Assembly (NCBI GenBank): GCA_025201805.1
Contig: MU619311.1
Span: forward strand, 20,814 to 84,813
DNA from: Parasitella parasitica NRRL 2501
Lineage: Eukaryota > Fungi > Mucoromycota
Length of the DNA stretch: 64,000 nt
Direction: 5' to 3'
Every line of letters begins with the position of its first letter. Position 1 is the stretch's first letter. A program made the translations under genes and the position numbers. Shown piece after piece: positions 49,962 through 62,244 of the stretch. Below the pieces are notes generated by a model. It saw only the letters and a program-made list of their open reading frames with translations. It was not told the origin of the DNA and ran no database searches.

Positions 49962-52900
49962 TTAATATCTTTGTTTTTGTTGTTGTTGATGCTGTGACAG
50001 AGCCGAAAAAGATGGAAATGAAACGGGTTTTGCAGTGGATGAGGAGGACATGATATTTGTGATCCATTCATGCTTTAAACCTTCCTGCGGCGTCATACGT
50101 TTGGACGGATCCCAACACAAACATCGTTCAACGAAATCAATAAACACAACATCATGACATTTGAGTGCCTGGAATAACGATCGTGTGCCTGGATATCGTT
50201 TTTTTCCTTTAGAATTGGCTGCAATGCGAGGATTCCCCAAAGAATCTATGTGTTCCTGATATTCAATTTTTGAAGCTCGCTTTGTTTGTTATAATGAGCA
50301 CTTACCGAAAAATAGCTGTCTTCGAGAGCACCTCTCAATTAAATGTCTATCGGGCAATCCCATCATCTCCATAATGCAGCTCAATTGTTCTTGCTCATTT
50401 TCGCCAGGAAATAATGGCAGGCCAGTATACAGCTCTGCCAAGATACAGCCCACACTCCACATGTCGATGGCTTTGTGATATGAAAGCCCCAAAATGACTT
50501 CAGGTGATCTGTAGAATCGGCTTTGTATATAAGTATACACTCTTTCTGATTCAAAACAGCTGCTGCCAAAGTCAATAACCTTGATAGAGTATTTTGCAGG
50601 GTGTTTCAACATGATATTTTCAGGTTTCAAGTCGCAGTGGATAATATTATGCTTTGCAAGCATGGTGAGTGATTGCAGTATTTGAAAAGTCATTCTATAT
50701 GCACATATGCACACTGTTAGCCTGATATTCGCTGGATGATATCATTTTCTGTTGTTATATATGTACCTCTTGATCAGACTCAAACTAAAGCCCTGGAAAT
50801 GATTAGCCTTGATAAACTCGTACAGGTTCATGGAGAGGCATTCAAACGCAATGCAAAGGTGGTTTCTGAAATAAAAGTGGTCTGTCATGCGTATTGTGTG
50901 AAACTGGTCTTGAGGATCCCACTCCAAGAGCTTCTTGAGGATACTCACCTCTGTGATGGCTTGGGCATGGAATCTTTTCTTGTTGCGGATAAGTTTGATT
51001 GCCACCATTTGTGCTGTCTTGTGATCAAAGCATTTGACAACCTGACCAAATGAACCGCGCCCAAGTACATCAATGACTTCGTAACGGTAGGCCAAGTGAT
51101 CTTGCATCACAATCTTGTAATCTCCTCTTTCATCATCAAATCCGAAGTTGTAATCACCTGCACTATGTTTTGTCCGTGCGTGAGGTCCCACAAAGTAAAT
51201 TTGGCTGTAATCGTGAATCTCAATTCGCTTTTCGTATTCACTCAGATACTGTCCGTAGTACTTTAGTGCTGTAAATGTGCTTTTGGGCGATCTTGCCCCG
51301 TCTGCTACTGGATGAGATGTGCTGTTTATTTTATGATGTGGTTGTTGAAGCTGATGATGCTGCGGCTGCTGTGGTTGCTGTAATTGCTGGGGTTGCTGTG
51401 GTAACAACTGCTGACTCGCTTGTATTTTCCGTATTGACAATGACGATAAAGTTGGTGGAGGAGGTGGTGGTGCCTGCTGTGCTGAGCTTACTGCTTGGTG
51501 GTTTGTATTTATTTGGCGACAGCTTGCGGCCCTTTTGACCTTGGGAACAATAGTGCTAGTCTTTGTTGGTGTTGGGATATGGCTTTTTCGTTTAGGTAAG
51601 GAGGATTTGTGCTGTAGAGGTTTGATATCGTATTTTAGTCCGCCCAATCCAGGCGTCTGATGTTTTTTACTAGGCAAAGGATCGTCTTGAGATGCTTTGA
51701 TCCTGTTGCTTTTACTAGAAGGGGTGGTAGTAGATGTGCTCTGTTGAGGCTGAATTAAAGGAGCTGCTGCTGCTGCTGCTACTGCTGCCTTTTTCTGTAG
51801 GTTTTCTGGGATTGTCATTTGTATGGGGTTCAATATCATTGGGGGTAACGGCATTGCTGGTATGGGTGGTGGTGTGGCCAAACTGCCAGGCAACGTCTAA
51901 TTGTAGGGCAGTTATAGGAGCTGATTTTTAAGGGAGAACACTACAACATTACGTACCTTTCCTCGTTTACGTCCGATAGTTTTTGTAGTGGTTATGTTTT
52001 GTTGGGAATTGGAATGCGATAATGGCGTGGTTTGCTTTTGTATGGGTGTCTTGGACTTGGGTGGTGGATATTCTTGCTTTACCTGCTGCATTGGCTCAAT
52101 AGAATTGATGAACAACGAATGGCGATCCCTCTCCAGTTCCAATTCCTTGATATCTTTTTCGATTTCTGCTAAATCCAGTGATAGACTCAATGCGAATGTG
52201 GATGCTGATGGAGTCATTTGAATGCTCTTCTCAATGGGCGTAAGAGTAGGTGATGTCAATTTGCTATCAGTGTATTTCTGATGGTCTGCTCTACTCGCAG
52301 GCCTACTCGAAGTGCCACTACCACTGCCACTCGCTGTGCTATCTTTACTCTTTTTCTTTCTTACAATCGAGTTGGATCGTGATTTCAGTGCTTGATGTTT
52401 TGGAATAGGTGGGACAGCAGGCACTTCTGCTGCATTCAAACTGCTGGCTCGGGGCGGTGGGGGAGGAGAGTAGGTAAAGGAGCGACTTCGATTATGGCGA
52501 GTATAGCCTTGATATTCAGACAACCCGTTATTGCTGGACATAGTTGCAGGTAATTTAGGTGGAGGCGACACTGATGGTGGATATAAGATGCTCGAGGATA
52601 CAGTTTTTCTCGGCTCACGAGTTACTGCAGACACACTGGGCTGTTTATTCGCAGCAGAGGAGGGGTTCTTTTTGTCCTTGCCAGAGCTCAGTTTTCGTTT
52701 GATCTTGGTCATGAATTGCATTGAGGGTTTCCTTTCTGGCAGTCGTGGTTGATCATGAAACAAATCTGGATGTTGCGCGGGAGGAGGAGGGGGAGACTTG
52801 AGCTTGGTATCTCTCATTGATTTTGTTTTTCTAATTGTAATGGGCTTCTGCATGTTGTTGTATTGGTGGAATGTACGCCGATTCGATTTCAAAGGCTTGG

Positions 52901-53231
52901 TGGGCATGGCTGTGGTTGTTGAGGTTGCGGCTGCTGTTGTTGCGGTCGCTGTGGCTCTTTGGTCGTAGGCATCTATCCAGCTTTGCCCTGAAAAGTTCAA
53001 GATATCGATGTAAGATGGGACAATAGAGCTTGCTTCTGAATCAGAAGAATTACGGGAAGAAGGGGGTATCATTTGTGTCGTCAGCCATTCTGGCTTGCTC
53101 GTTGGCTTCGAATGATTTGTATAAAGGCGTGAAGAAGAGACTGTATTGGAGGAACGGCTTGTTGTTAATCGTCGTATAGTGGTTGTTTCTCGAGTATTAT
53201 TAATGACACTGTCTTTTGCAGAGGAAGACAT
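49962..53231 (-). CDS. DYRK-family dual-specificity protein kinase (class 2, DYRK2/Pom1-like)
   Basis: DH box [36 protein letters not shown] and [13 protein letters not shown]. Long disordered N-terminus; four exons. Confidence 0.95.
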
Positions 53232-53849
53232 GTATACGGAAAACTAGACAAGAAACAAGGGAGAAAGAGAGAGAGAGAGAAAAAAAAAACAAGGTGATAA
53301 TCATCAAGTTAAAAATAGTTGATTTAAAGGGGCCTCTCTTTTTTTTATGTAAGCAGATGATAGCAATCTCCTCCAGTCATCACAATAGCTTATGCAGTTG
53401 AAATGGAGTCCTGCCTGTTTTACTTGCAGCGTATTTTCACGTCAATGATCGTGATGGCTTCCATTGTTCGCTGCACGTGTATGCGTTTGTCCCTTACTAC
53501 CGTATCTACGCTACAATTAGCAATGGACAAAGCAAGTCATGATCTACATAACCGCATTGTCCTTTGATCTTAAAGGGCTTTTGGCAACATTGTGTCTATA
53601 AAAACGTAGCCGATTTCGGCAGCCTTCCACAGGTTCGTCGGATGAAATATCAAACATTTCAGCATGTCCAGCAGCTTAAAGCAACAGCATGCGATGTACC
53701 GTATGCTATTAAAAAAAGGGACAAGAGGCATCAGCAATGGTTGAACTCCCGATTGCTTTTGCTTTTGCTTTTGCTTTTTTGTTTCTAAGCGTTGCCAAAT
53801 ACCCTCTTTCCCAAGATTGTATCCTTTCCTTCCTCCCTCGTGGATAAAA

Positions 53850-54371
53850 ATGCATCAAGACGATCTTTATGAAAAACTCAATGGCTTTTCAATATCTTCC
53901 AATGAAGAAAAATTGACCAAAGCATTGGATAGCACTCATATTTCATCGTCCACATCATCATTAGCAAAACCATCTATCTTCAGTCTTCCATCGCAACAAC
54001 CACAAAATCAATTTACACAACCTCCGCAGCAGCCCATCTACAGTGGAGATATACAGAACAAAACTGGTTACATAGAACACAACATGTGCGATTCGGATCC
54101 AGCAGCTGCAAACAACTGGAATAGTGGCAAGACCACTAATCAGCATGATAATTCACAAGACGGCTGGGGCGAGGACCCACCAAGCTATACAGCCATATTA
54201 CAGGGGACTTACTTTGGATTCAATTCGATTTTAAAACCGTCAGATGCGATTTCTAATCTGTCACCTCAGCAAACTACTAATGCGCAAGCCTTTAGTCGTT
54301 ACAAAAACTCACCAGTATCATTCATCTCGGCTGCAAAAGAGGCTACTAGTGATAATAATAATAGTCAGTAA
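53850..54371 (+). CDS. Hypothetical low-complexity protein (173 aa)
   Basis: ATG in aaaaATG context, coding-like composition, divergent from the DYRK gene. No domain recognised. Confidence 0.6.
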   Translation: MHQDDLYEKLNGFSISSNEEKLTKALDSTHISSSTSSLAKPSIFSLPSQQPQNQFTQPPQQPIYSGDIQNKTGYIEHNMCDSDPAAANNWNSGKTTNQHDNSQDGWGEDPPSYTAILQGTYFGFNSILKPSDAISNLSPQQTTNAQAFSRYKNSPVSFISAAKEATSDNNNSQ

Positions 54372-54479
54372 AAACAAATATTGCCAAAATATTGTTTGCA
54401 ACAACCATCATAAAGATTGTTTTGCACGATATAGCAGGCTTTGGGTTTCATAAACAATGAACAAATCTAAAGATAGTTT

Positions 54480-54481
<2 letters not shown>

Positions 54482-54520
<39 letters not shown>
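54482..54520. repeat. Poly-T homopolymer (~39 nt)
   Basis: Direct reading of the sequence. Confidence 0.95.
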
Positions 54521-54525
<5 letters not shown>

Positions 54526-55393
54526 GAGGGCATTGCAACAATAGTAGCAACAAAAGCATAAGTTTATTCCGAATCTGTGTTTCCATATTCATGCTTGATC
54601 TCAGAATGATTCTTAAAGTTTCTCCATTCCAACAATGCCGACTATGTAAGAAAAAAAAATAAGCAAAACCATTTGGTGTGGCTCAAAGCGGTTGAATCGG
54701 TTAGACATAAATTCTATTAGCATTGTGCAAAACAAGTTTACTAGCAAGTATAAAGTATGATATTCACTCATTAATTCATTTAATAGAGTTTTCATGACAA
54801 TCATAATTGCCGTCCTGAAATACTGCGGTTATCCTTTATTTTTAGTGACAATCAATCTCTATAGATTTGTGATAGCTGGTCTGATGATAAAGTAAGAGTT
54901 TTAGGACAAGCAACTATTTAAACATTGGATCACCAATGTACCTACTAGCATGTTTTAGGAGGTACAGAGTACAATGACGGTATTTGGAATCTGAAATCAT
55001 AAGCTCGTTTAAAAAGAGACTTCTGCCACATGCATTTATACCAGGTCGATATTTCATATGTATTTGTATCACTCATTATCCAAACAGAAAGTAATTTATA
55101 GTATTAAGGAACTTGTACATCAAATCCAAAGCTCTTAATTTCTCTCATAACCCCCTTTTCCCTTATGTATACTACAGCAATATATTGGAGACTTGAGTGT
55201 AATGAACCTTTTCTTGGTTGCATACTGCATCTCCAAGAGTCATGAGCTGAGCCATATCTCATGAAATTATTTGATCGCCCTAAAACAAATATGCTCATTA
55301 AATAAGTACATACGCAGAAATTGTCCATGTATAAAAGAGTCGATTAAAGCTGCAAAGGAGCTTTCTTTTCCTTTGGCAGCTATACAAAAAAAA

Positions 55394-57148
55394 ATGTGTC
55401 ACCCACATGTAGAATACACTTTACCTGAGGAATTATGGGCCATAATATTTCAGGAAATTAGACAAGTAGAGGACTTGGCCAGGTTCCGATTAGTCTGTCA
55501 ACTATGGAATCCTTTAGCCGAGAGAGCACTGTTTGGCCAAGATTTAGATTTAACGACGGCAGACAAGATCACCAAATTGCTTTATCACTTGAACAGGAAG
55601 CCACATATGGCACGATACATCAAGTTCATGCAATTGTCTGATACCGCCCCTTCAAATTTACAAAAACGATTACTTGATCGAGCATTGACGCCAAATATCA
55701 AATATTTGACAGGTCGAATGAGGGAAAATGTGTTTGGCCATTTGCTAGACATCCTTCAGCATTCAGCAGAGAAATTCAGCAAACTTCAAGTACTGCCGAA
55801 TTTTCCTGATCTTTGCAGGAAAAGAAACCCGACTGGAATATTCGTACCAACGAGCAAATATGGCAAAGTACTCCTCTATTTCAAAGAGACTTTGAAGCAG
55901 CTAAGGATACAAATACGCCCATGCGATCTCCCTCAACTTTCAGAGTCTGTCATCCTGCGTCTGCACGAATTTCAAAACTTGACTTTTCTCGCTTTGGACC
56001 TTCAAATCTACCATCACGATGAGCTTGGAGATTGCCTTGGACTAGACTATATCCTTAGCAAGTGCCCTACGAGTCTAGAAACCTTACAACTGCATTGGGA
56101 ACCCAGATTTAATTTCATGGAAAAAGAAGACTTCAAGTCTTGGCTCAAGGGCAATAACGTAGAACAAGCCCCAAACCTCCGTGAATTGAAAATCGCCAGA
56201 GTTTCAAGGCCTCATTCAGTAGAGTATCTTCTATACAAGTATCCCAATGTCTTGAAACTAGCTATTGGAAGCCTTAACTGCTTTTCGGACCGTATTGTGG
56301 ACGAGCTAAAGAATATAAGCCTATTCTTGGTCATAGACCATCTACATGGTCTCTCGCAATTTTACCTAGAAAACAATAGTATCGATCAATTCACAAATTT
56401 TCTTTGCAGCTTCAAGAGTACAACAACAAACACATTGCAAATTTCAAAAGGCCCCAACAATCTTCCAAAGAAAGAAATGTTTTATGTTGAAAAATCCATC
56501 GACACTGGAAGCACATTGTACGGGCTCACAACTTGCCGATACAACCCATTAGGCCACAAGGAACTTTCATCGCTAACTGGTCTAGTAAGTTCTTTTCGTG
56601 TTTGTTACGACAACCACGTTGGACAGCGTCTCGGTGAAGAACTATGTGAATTGTACAAGATAGTCCCGTTTAATATTTGGAACAATTTAGTTTACCTGGA
56701 ACTCTCTGGTGATAGAAAGATTAGTCAGGCTATCTTGAATAGAATTGATCATTCTTCAGTCTCAAATTTGAAGTACTTGACTATAGGTGATTGCTTCTGC
56801 CCTGGTGAAGACATTGCTCTATCGTTTCCTCAAATAGAACTTGAAATGGTGTCTTTTGTTAAACTACCTACTTGCAGAGAAAGATGTCCTCCACGGAAGA
56901 CCCTCTTGATAACAAAACAAACCAGTGCCTCGCAGGAGTCCTGCTACTTTTTGACAGCTGGAACACCCTCTCGTTGTGAACAAATTGACGGACAAATTAT
57001 ATCAGAAGATCATGAAAATGTACCAGTGATTCGTTTTTCTTTTAAATCTTTGAACAGGCTATACATTAAGCTTGAAGACCATATATTTGATACGAAAGCT
57101 AGCATTGATCCCACTGCCAAGTTTTTCTCTACTCTAAAACAGGATTAA
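55394..57148 (+). CDS. F-box protein with degenerate LRR-like C-terminal region
   Basis: N-terminal TLPEELWAIIFQEI..DLARFRLVCQLWNPLA F-box, followed by LxxLxL repeats; single exon. Confidence 0.87.
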   Translation: MCHPHVEYTLPEELWAIIFQEIRQVEDLARFRLVCQLWNPLAERALFGQDLDLTTADKITKLLYHLNRKPHMARYIKFMQLSDTAPSNLQKRLLDRALTPNIKYLTGRMRENVFGHLLDILQHSAEKFSKLQVLPNFPDLCRKRNPTGIFVPTSKYGKVLLYFKETLKQLRIQIRPCDLPQLSESVILRLHEFQNLTFLALDLQIYHHDELGDCLGLDYILSKCPTSLETLQLHWEPRFNFMEKEDFKSWLKGNNVEQAPNLRELKIARVSRPHSVEYLLYKYPNVLKLAIGSLNCFSDRIVDELKNISLFLVIDHLHGLSQFYLENNSIDQFTNFLCSFKSTTTNTLQISKGPNNLPKKEMFYVEKSIDTGSTLYGLTTCRYNPLGHKELSSLTGLVSSFRVCYDNHVGQRLGEELCELYKIVPFNIWNNLVYLELSGDRKISQAILNRIDHSSVSNLKYLTIGDCFCPGEDIALSFPQIELEMVSFVKLPTCRERCPPRKTLLITKQTSASQESCYFLTAGTPSRCEQIDGQIISEDHENVPVIRFSFKSLNRLYIKLEDHIFDTKASIDPTAKFFSTLKQD

Positions 57149-57581
57149 TGGCTAGCAAACTACAGTGTCATTTTTACGACTATTTATGCAAAAACTACTA
57201 TGACCTTAAAAAAGCTCACTTTACGACGCCCCCCTATGAACATGGTTTAACTTTATGAAATAAAAAACTTATGCTTTTTCAACTGTTGAATGGTTCTGAT
57301 TGCGCAAGAGCGCTGCACAATATACGAGATATTCGCTCCAAGTGGATCGTAAGAGTATTTTTTTTTTAAAAAAAAAATTCAAACTGTTCATGTTTGTTTA
57401 AATGGCTATCTTCATTTTGTGATATGTCTCCATTACAACAAGATCCGGGCAGATGCATTCATAGACAGATAATTTTTTTTTATATGTGAGTTTCCCATGT
57501 GCACAGTTGCAACGCTCAATAAATAGCAAGTAGTAATCCTAAAGCTTCTTTTTTTTTTATTATTATTATTTATGAATAAAA

Positions 57582-60500
57582 TCAACTGCTATTTTTCTTC
57601 ATTTCTTCTTGGATTTTACGATGCAAAACACACATGTAATCAACATAGGTTTGAACTTCAACGTTACGGTCTTCAGACATCCAAGTAGCAAACATAAACT
57701 CCAAATTATCCTTTTCTTGTCTAATGACGTGCAAAGCTAAATACCTGGCACGAGACGCTTGTAATTGCCTCATAAGGCCATGCACTTCTTCTGACAAAAC
57801 GTTAGGTTGGACCGGCAAGGTGATCTGTTTGGTTATGCATGTGTGTAAGAGCTCAACATATATCATTTAAGAGTAAGTCTACTCACTACATGTGGATCCA
57901 CTTCGTCGAGAGTCTTTACGTTGAACAAGCTAGCAATGAATTCAGTAGACAATGATTTGCCCAACCAGAGGTATAAATCAGATCCTGTATCGAGTAGATA
58001 ACAGCCCTTGCTATCTAGTCTTTCATACGACGTTCGAATCATCTTGGGCAACTTTCTTTGTCCCTTCAAATCTGCAGTGCTGTATTGTAAACTGAGATCG
58101 TGCAAAGGATACATACGAGGATATAACGTCCACACTAGTTCGGCTACACTAAGGGTATTGAACATGCTCATACCAGCAGCCCTGGAATCACTATTCGCAT
58201 CTGGACCAGCTTGTTGAAATAGAGGAAAAAAAAAACAGATTAATATCCCTTCTTTGGTAATGTCATCGAGTACCAACCTCCTCTTAAAACTGCTGACCGA
58301 ATTGCTCCATGGACGTAAACAGGTAGCAGCTTGAAAGCTTCAGGCAAGATGAGCTGGCCAGGAGAAGTAGCAGCGGCACAGTTCAGGCGATAGGCTGTCA
58401 AAATATCAACACAGGCGTCAGTCATCGTCTTATGAAGATCTTTCCTATTCTTGTGGTGCAGGTCAAAGATAGTTTGTCTCAGCATGATGCTCACAGTGGT
58501 GTCCACATCGCCGAATCTAAACACATCTGCAATTTGCTCTGTAGCGGATAAATGAAGATTGTGAACCCTCACACGGCGATGGCCATCTCGGGTGGTATAA
58601 AGCAATGCGCACTGAAATGAGGCGCCGCGATTCACATCTAATTTTCCATCGTGTTTCAACACGGCGCCAATTGCCTTGTCCTCGTCAATGCCAGCGACGT
58701 CGCATTCTGTATACACACTCATATGGCAGTTACCGTAATGATCCATCACTTGCAAGCCGTCAGAACAGCGGATACGCAAAATGCCGTCAAAGCCTGTTTC
58801 TCGGTGCAAATCGTGGTCTAACTGATGGATAATGCGATATTTCTCCGCCAGCGAAAAGTTGGGAAAGTAGCGGAAATCGCCGCCTGTCAGATGAGAAACA
58901 ACATTCAGAGTAGCAATGTCCATGTACTGATGAGGGAACCCCCACGTATTGACAGAAACGCCGTTCTCGACACAGGCATTACCCAATTCCTCGTATTTGT
59001 CGCTCTGTGCTGCCAACAGGTTCTTTTCCTTGTCTGTGCCATACAAAGATTTATCGTCTCTCGATTTTAAAGCGTCCATGCCGTAGTTGGGTAGGCATGT
59101 CTGGAATACAAACATTTGCCCGCCTGTGTTTTTCTGAAGAGAGGAATCAGTGAAATGCTGGACAATGTGTGCAATTGCTTTACCAAAGCCTGTAAACCAC
59201 CACGAACTGCAGCCGTGTATACGGATTCAGCACGAGTAGTCTCTTTAAACATATGCGGCAGACTATTCAAAAGCTCTATAATAACGTTCCTAACAAAGGC
59301 AAAGAGACACAGTCAGTCGTCTTCAATATTCAATATCCACATTGATAATTACTTTGACTCGAGGAGATCGGCCAAAAATCCAGCTTGCAGAGGCACAAAG
59401 ACATCGTTGATATCAGACACCACAAGCATTTGGGCACTTGCTAAACCCGGCTTTTCAAAGAAAAGATTAGTATGTGTCCAAAGCACACAGCTCCCCCCCC
59501 CCACTTACTGCCAAGTTGTAAAAGTGAACGTCCTTATTGAATGTCAAAATACCAATTTTGTTATTCAGCCTTGGGTTTCCCTGCCCATCATAGAGAGCAT
59601 GTTTCAGGGCTTCGCACACACTCTGGAGCATGCCGCTTTGAGTCGCCTGAATAGAGACATCCAAAGCAAAGACATAATTCAAAGGAACAGGAGGTCTGCC
59701 TTTCGAAAGATAGTCTTTGGTCACTTCAAACTCTACAGATCCATACCGTAATTCAGGTCTTTCGTTCACATCGATGCGTCTGCCCGACATGTCCACATTA
59801 GCAAAGTACCAATCGGGAACAGGATTGGAGTGAGTGCAAATGTTGCATTCAAACTTGGCGCCACCGTGAGTGAACACGCACCAAGGGTTAACGTAAGCTC
59901 TACAGCGACTGCAGCGGATCGGACCCTCTTCGCCATGGTTCACCACCTGAATTCCTACTTCCTCTGGGTGCAACTTGGCGAGCGGCTGCACCACTAAACC
60001 GAGCGGTAGTTTGGACTTGTCGGTAAGGTCCTTGCTGCATGGGATTCGATCGACGGTGGACCGCATAAAACGGGGGTTGCAGTTGCCTTGATCGAGGCCG
60101 ATAAAGTTGGTGGTGGCAAACGGAACTCTGTCTCTTTCGAGTGTGCCGAAAAATTTGTCGTCAAACAGCTCTTGATCTTGCTCACGTACTTGCACGGGGG
60201 CAGGCATTTGGTCAGGATCAATGCGTGGGCGAGGTTGGGTGGGTGGTCGCAGTTCAGCAGGGAGCTGCTGATCCGTGTTGCTGTAGGGAGCATTGGTGTA
60301 GCCGACACCTGCAGCGGCAGACTGGTGATGGTGCGAGTTGGAGCGTGGTGCGCCCACGCTAGGCTGCTGAGGTGGTTGAAATTGAGGCTGGCTGAATTGG
60401 GGTTGCTGCTGTAGTTGTGGTTGAGGCTGGAACTGCTGTTGCTGTGTCTGTTGTTGCTGTTGTTGTTGTTGTTGTTGTTGTTGTGGTTGAGGCTGTATAT

Positions 60501-61156
60501 GTTGGTTTTGTTGAAGGCTGTTTGGCCACGGTCCTTGCTGCTGAGATGGAGCAGATGTACTGATGCCATTGGTGTCATGGCTTACGTATACACGTTTGGG
60601 CTTACCAGATTGCGCTGGGCGTACCTGTTGTTGCTGGAACATAGAAGGTTGCTATAGGCAACAGATCAATAAATTGTAGATCGCTATTCAGAGCTATCAA
60701 GCTTACCGTTTGAGGAGGCGACAATGGTTGTTGTTGTTGCTGAATGTGCATGCTTTGCATAGGTGAAACTAGATTGGCCTGTTGAGGGGATAAAGGCCTG
60801 ATTTGGGGCTGTTGCTGTTGAGGGAGGGGAGGAGACATGATGGGTCTCTGTTGCTGCTGAGGCGACATCATGGGCCTCATAGGCGAGTTCATGTTGGGTC
60901 TCATCATTGGTGGTCGGGCACCAGGAGGACCCATAGGTCGTATAGGCTGTCCTTGCATCACGGGCCGAATAGGAGCTTCTGTATTGTCAATAGAATACAA
61001 TCTCGCATGCTATACAAAAAACTTACCTCCACTGCCAACAACTGCTATAGGACGAACGCCAGGCACGCCAGGCTGCGGATGAGGTACCGTATGTGGTTGC
61101 ACGTTCTGCTGAGTTGTATGACCACCCATTTGTGGTCTCTGCTGTTCTGTGCTCAT
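57582..61156 (-). CDS. SEC24: COPII coat subunit Sec24 (Sec24C/D, Lst1/Sfb3-like branch)
   Basis: Pro/Gln-rich N-terminus, RIDPDQMP, DQGNCNPRFMR, zinc finger RCSRCRAYVNP..CNIC, RPELRYGSVEF, trunk domain, FQCALLYT..RRVRVHNL, GQLILPEAFKLLP and gelsolin-like end. Confidence 0.96.
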
Positions 61157-61626
61157 GCTTTGTCTCTATTGTTGAACCGAGAATAAATAGTATATTAAAA
61201 AAAAAAAAAAAAAAAAAAAGCAAATACGTGTAAACTTGTGATGCATTTGTGCACACATCTGGATGCCAGCACTGAGTTGTAATGGTAAAAGTGACGGTAT
61301 CATGGAGGAAAGCCGTGTACAGAAGTAGTATGAGCTCATGTGTTTGCATGAAGCGGATTTCAGTGATTTCTAAACATAGGATACCAACGCTGCGTTATTT
61401 GAGTGGCAGTGATCTCAATGGTGGCATGTTACATCCCTGTCGGTTCCAATTGACATCATGCCAGCAACATTTTAATCAGAAGAAAAAGTTGATTAATACC
61501 TGTGCGAAATGTTCCAATTGCATGAGTGATTCGTGAAAATAAATAGAGAGGGACAAATGTTGCTCATAGTTATGCTTCTCTCTCTTTTGCTGGTCTTTTT
61601 TTTTTAAAAACACAAAGAAAAACGCA

Positions 61627-62244
61627 ATGGTCTACACTAAAGAGTACAAGAAACCAATCGCTTTTGAATATCCCTGCTACATTTGTGGTACCGTTCTTAG
61701 TAAAGCAAGACAGGTCCTCAACCACATCAAGAGTGTGCATGGTTACGACCTTCCCGCTCGTGCCGTCGGCCGCAGACGCCCCGAAGACCCCAAGTATATT
61801 TATGTGAACAATCCTCAAAGCAGACAAGAGTTTGAAGACTTTCATTTTTCTTGCAGCTCCTGCTGGTTCCACTGGCCAACTAATGACGCTGCTGGTCTTG
61901 TCCATCTCGCCCGGCACATCAGCAAAGCGCACGATCCCGTCAATGTCGATCCTTCCAAGAATAACAACGGTCAAATTAGTGGTTGTCAGGTTGATCACAT
62001 AACTAGATACAAGACCTTACCAAATGATCAAGTAGAGGAGGACCAGCTGCAAGACGACGAGGATGAGGACATGGATAAAATCACTCATCACAAGAAGGAA
62101 GACTCCAAGCAAATCGGCATGGGCGATGTTTACCAAGTGTTAACCGAACTCACTGCCATGTTCCAAAACCTTCTTGCTACCAAGAACAAGAATGAAAACA
62201 GTGATTCTGATGCTGATAAAAACGGTAATGAAAACTCCCCTTGA
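61627..62244 (+). CDS. C2H2 zinc-finger protein
   Basis: YPCYICGTV..VLNHIKSVH and FSCSSCWFH..LARHISKAH; acidic C-terminus. Confidence 0.82.
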   Translation: MVYTKEYKKPIAFEYPCYICGTVLSKARQVLNHIKSVHGYDLPARAVGRRRPEDPKYIYVNNPQSRQEFEDFHFSCSSCWFHWPTNDAAGLVHLARHISKAHDPVNVDPSKNNNGQISGCQVDHITRYKTLPNDQVEEDQLQDDEDEDMDKITHHKKEDSKQIGMGDVYQVLTELTAMFQNLLATKNKNENSDSDADKNGNENSP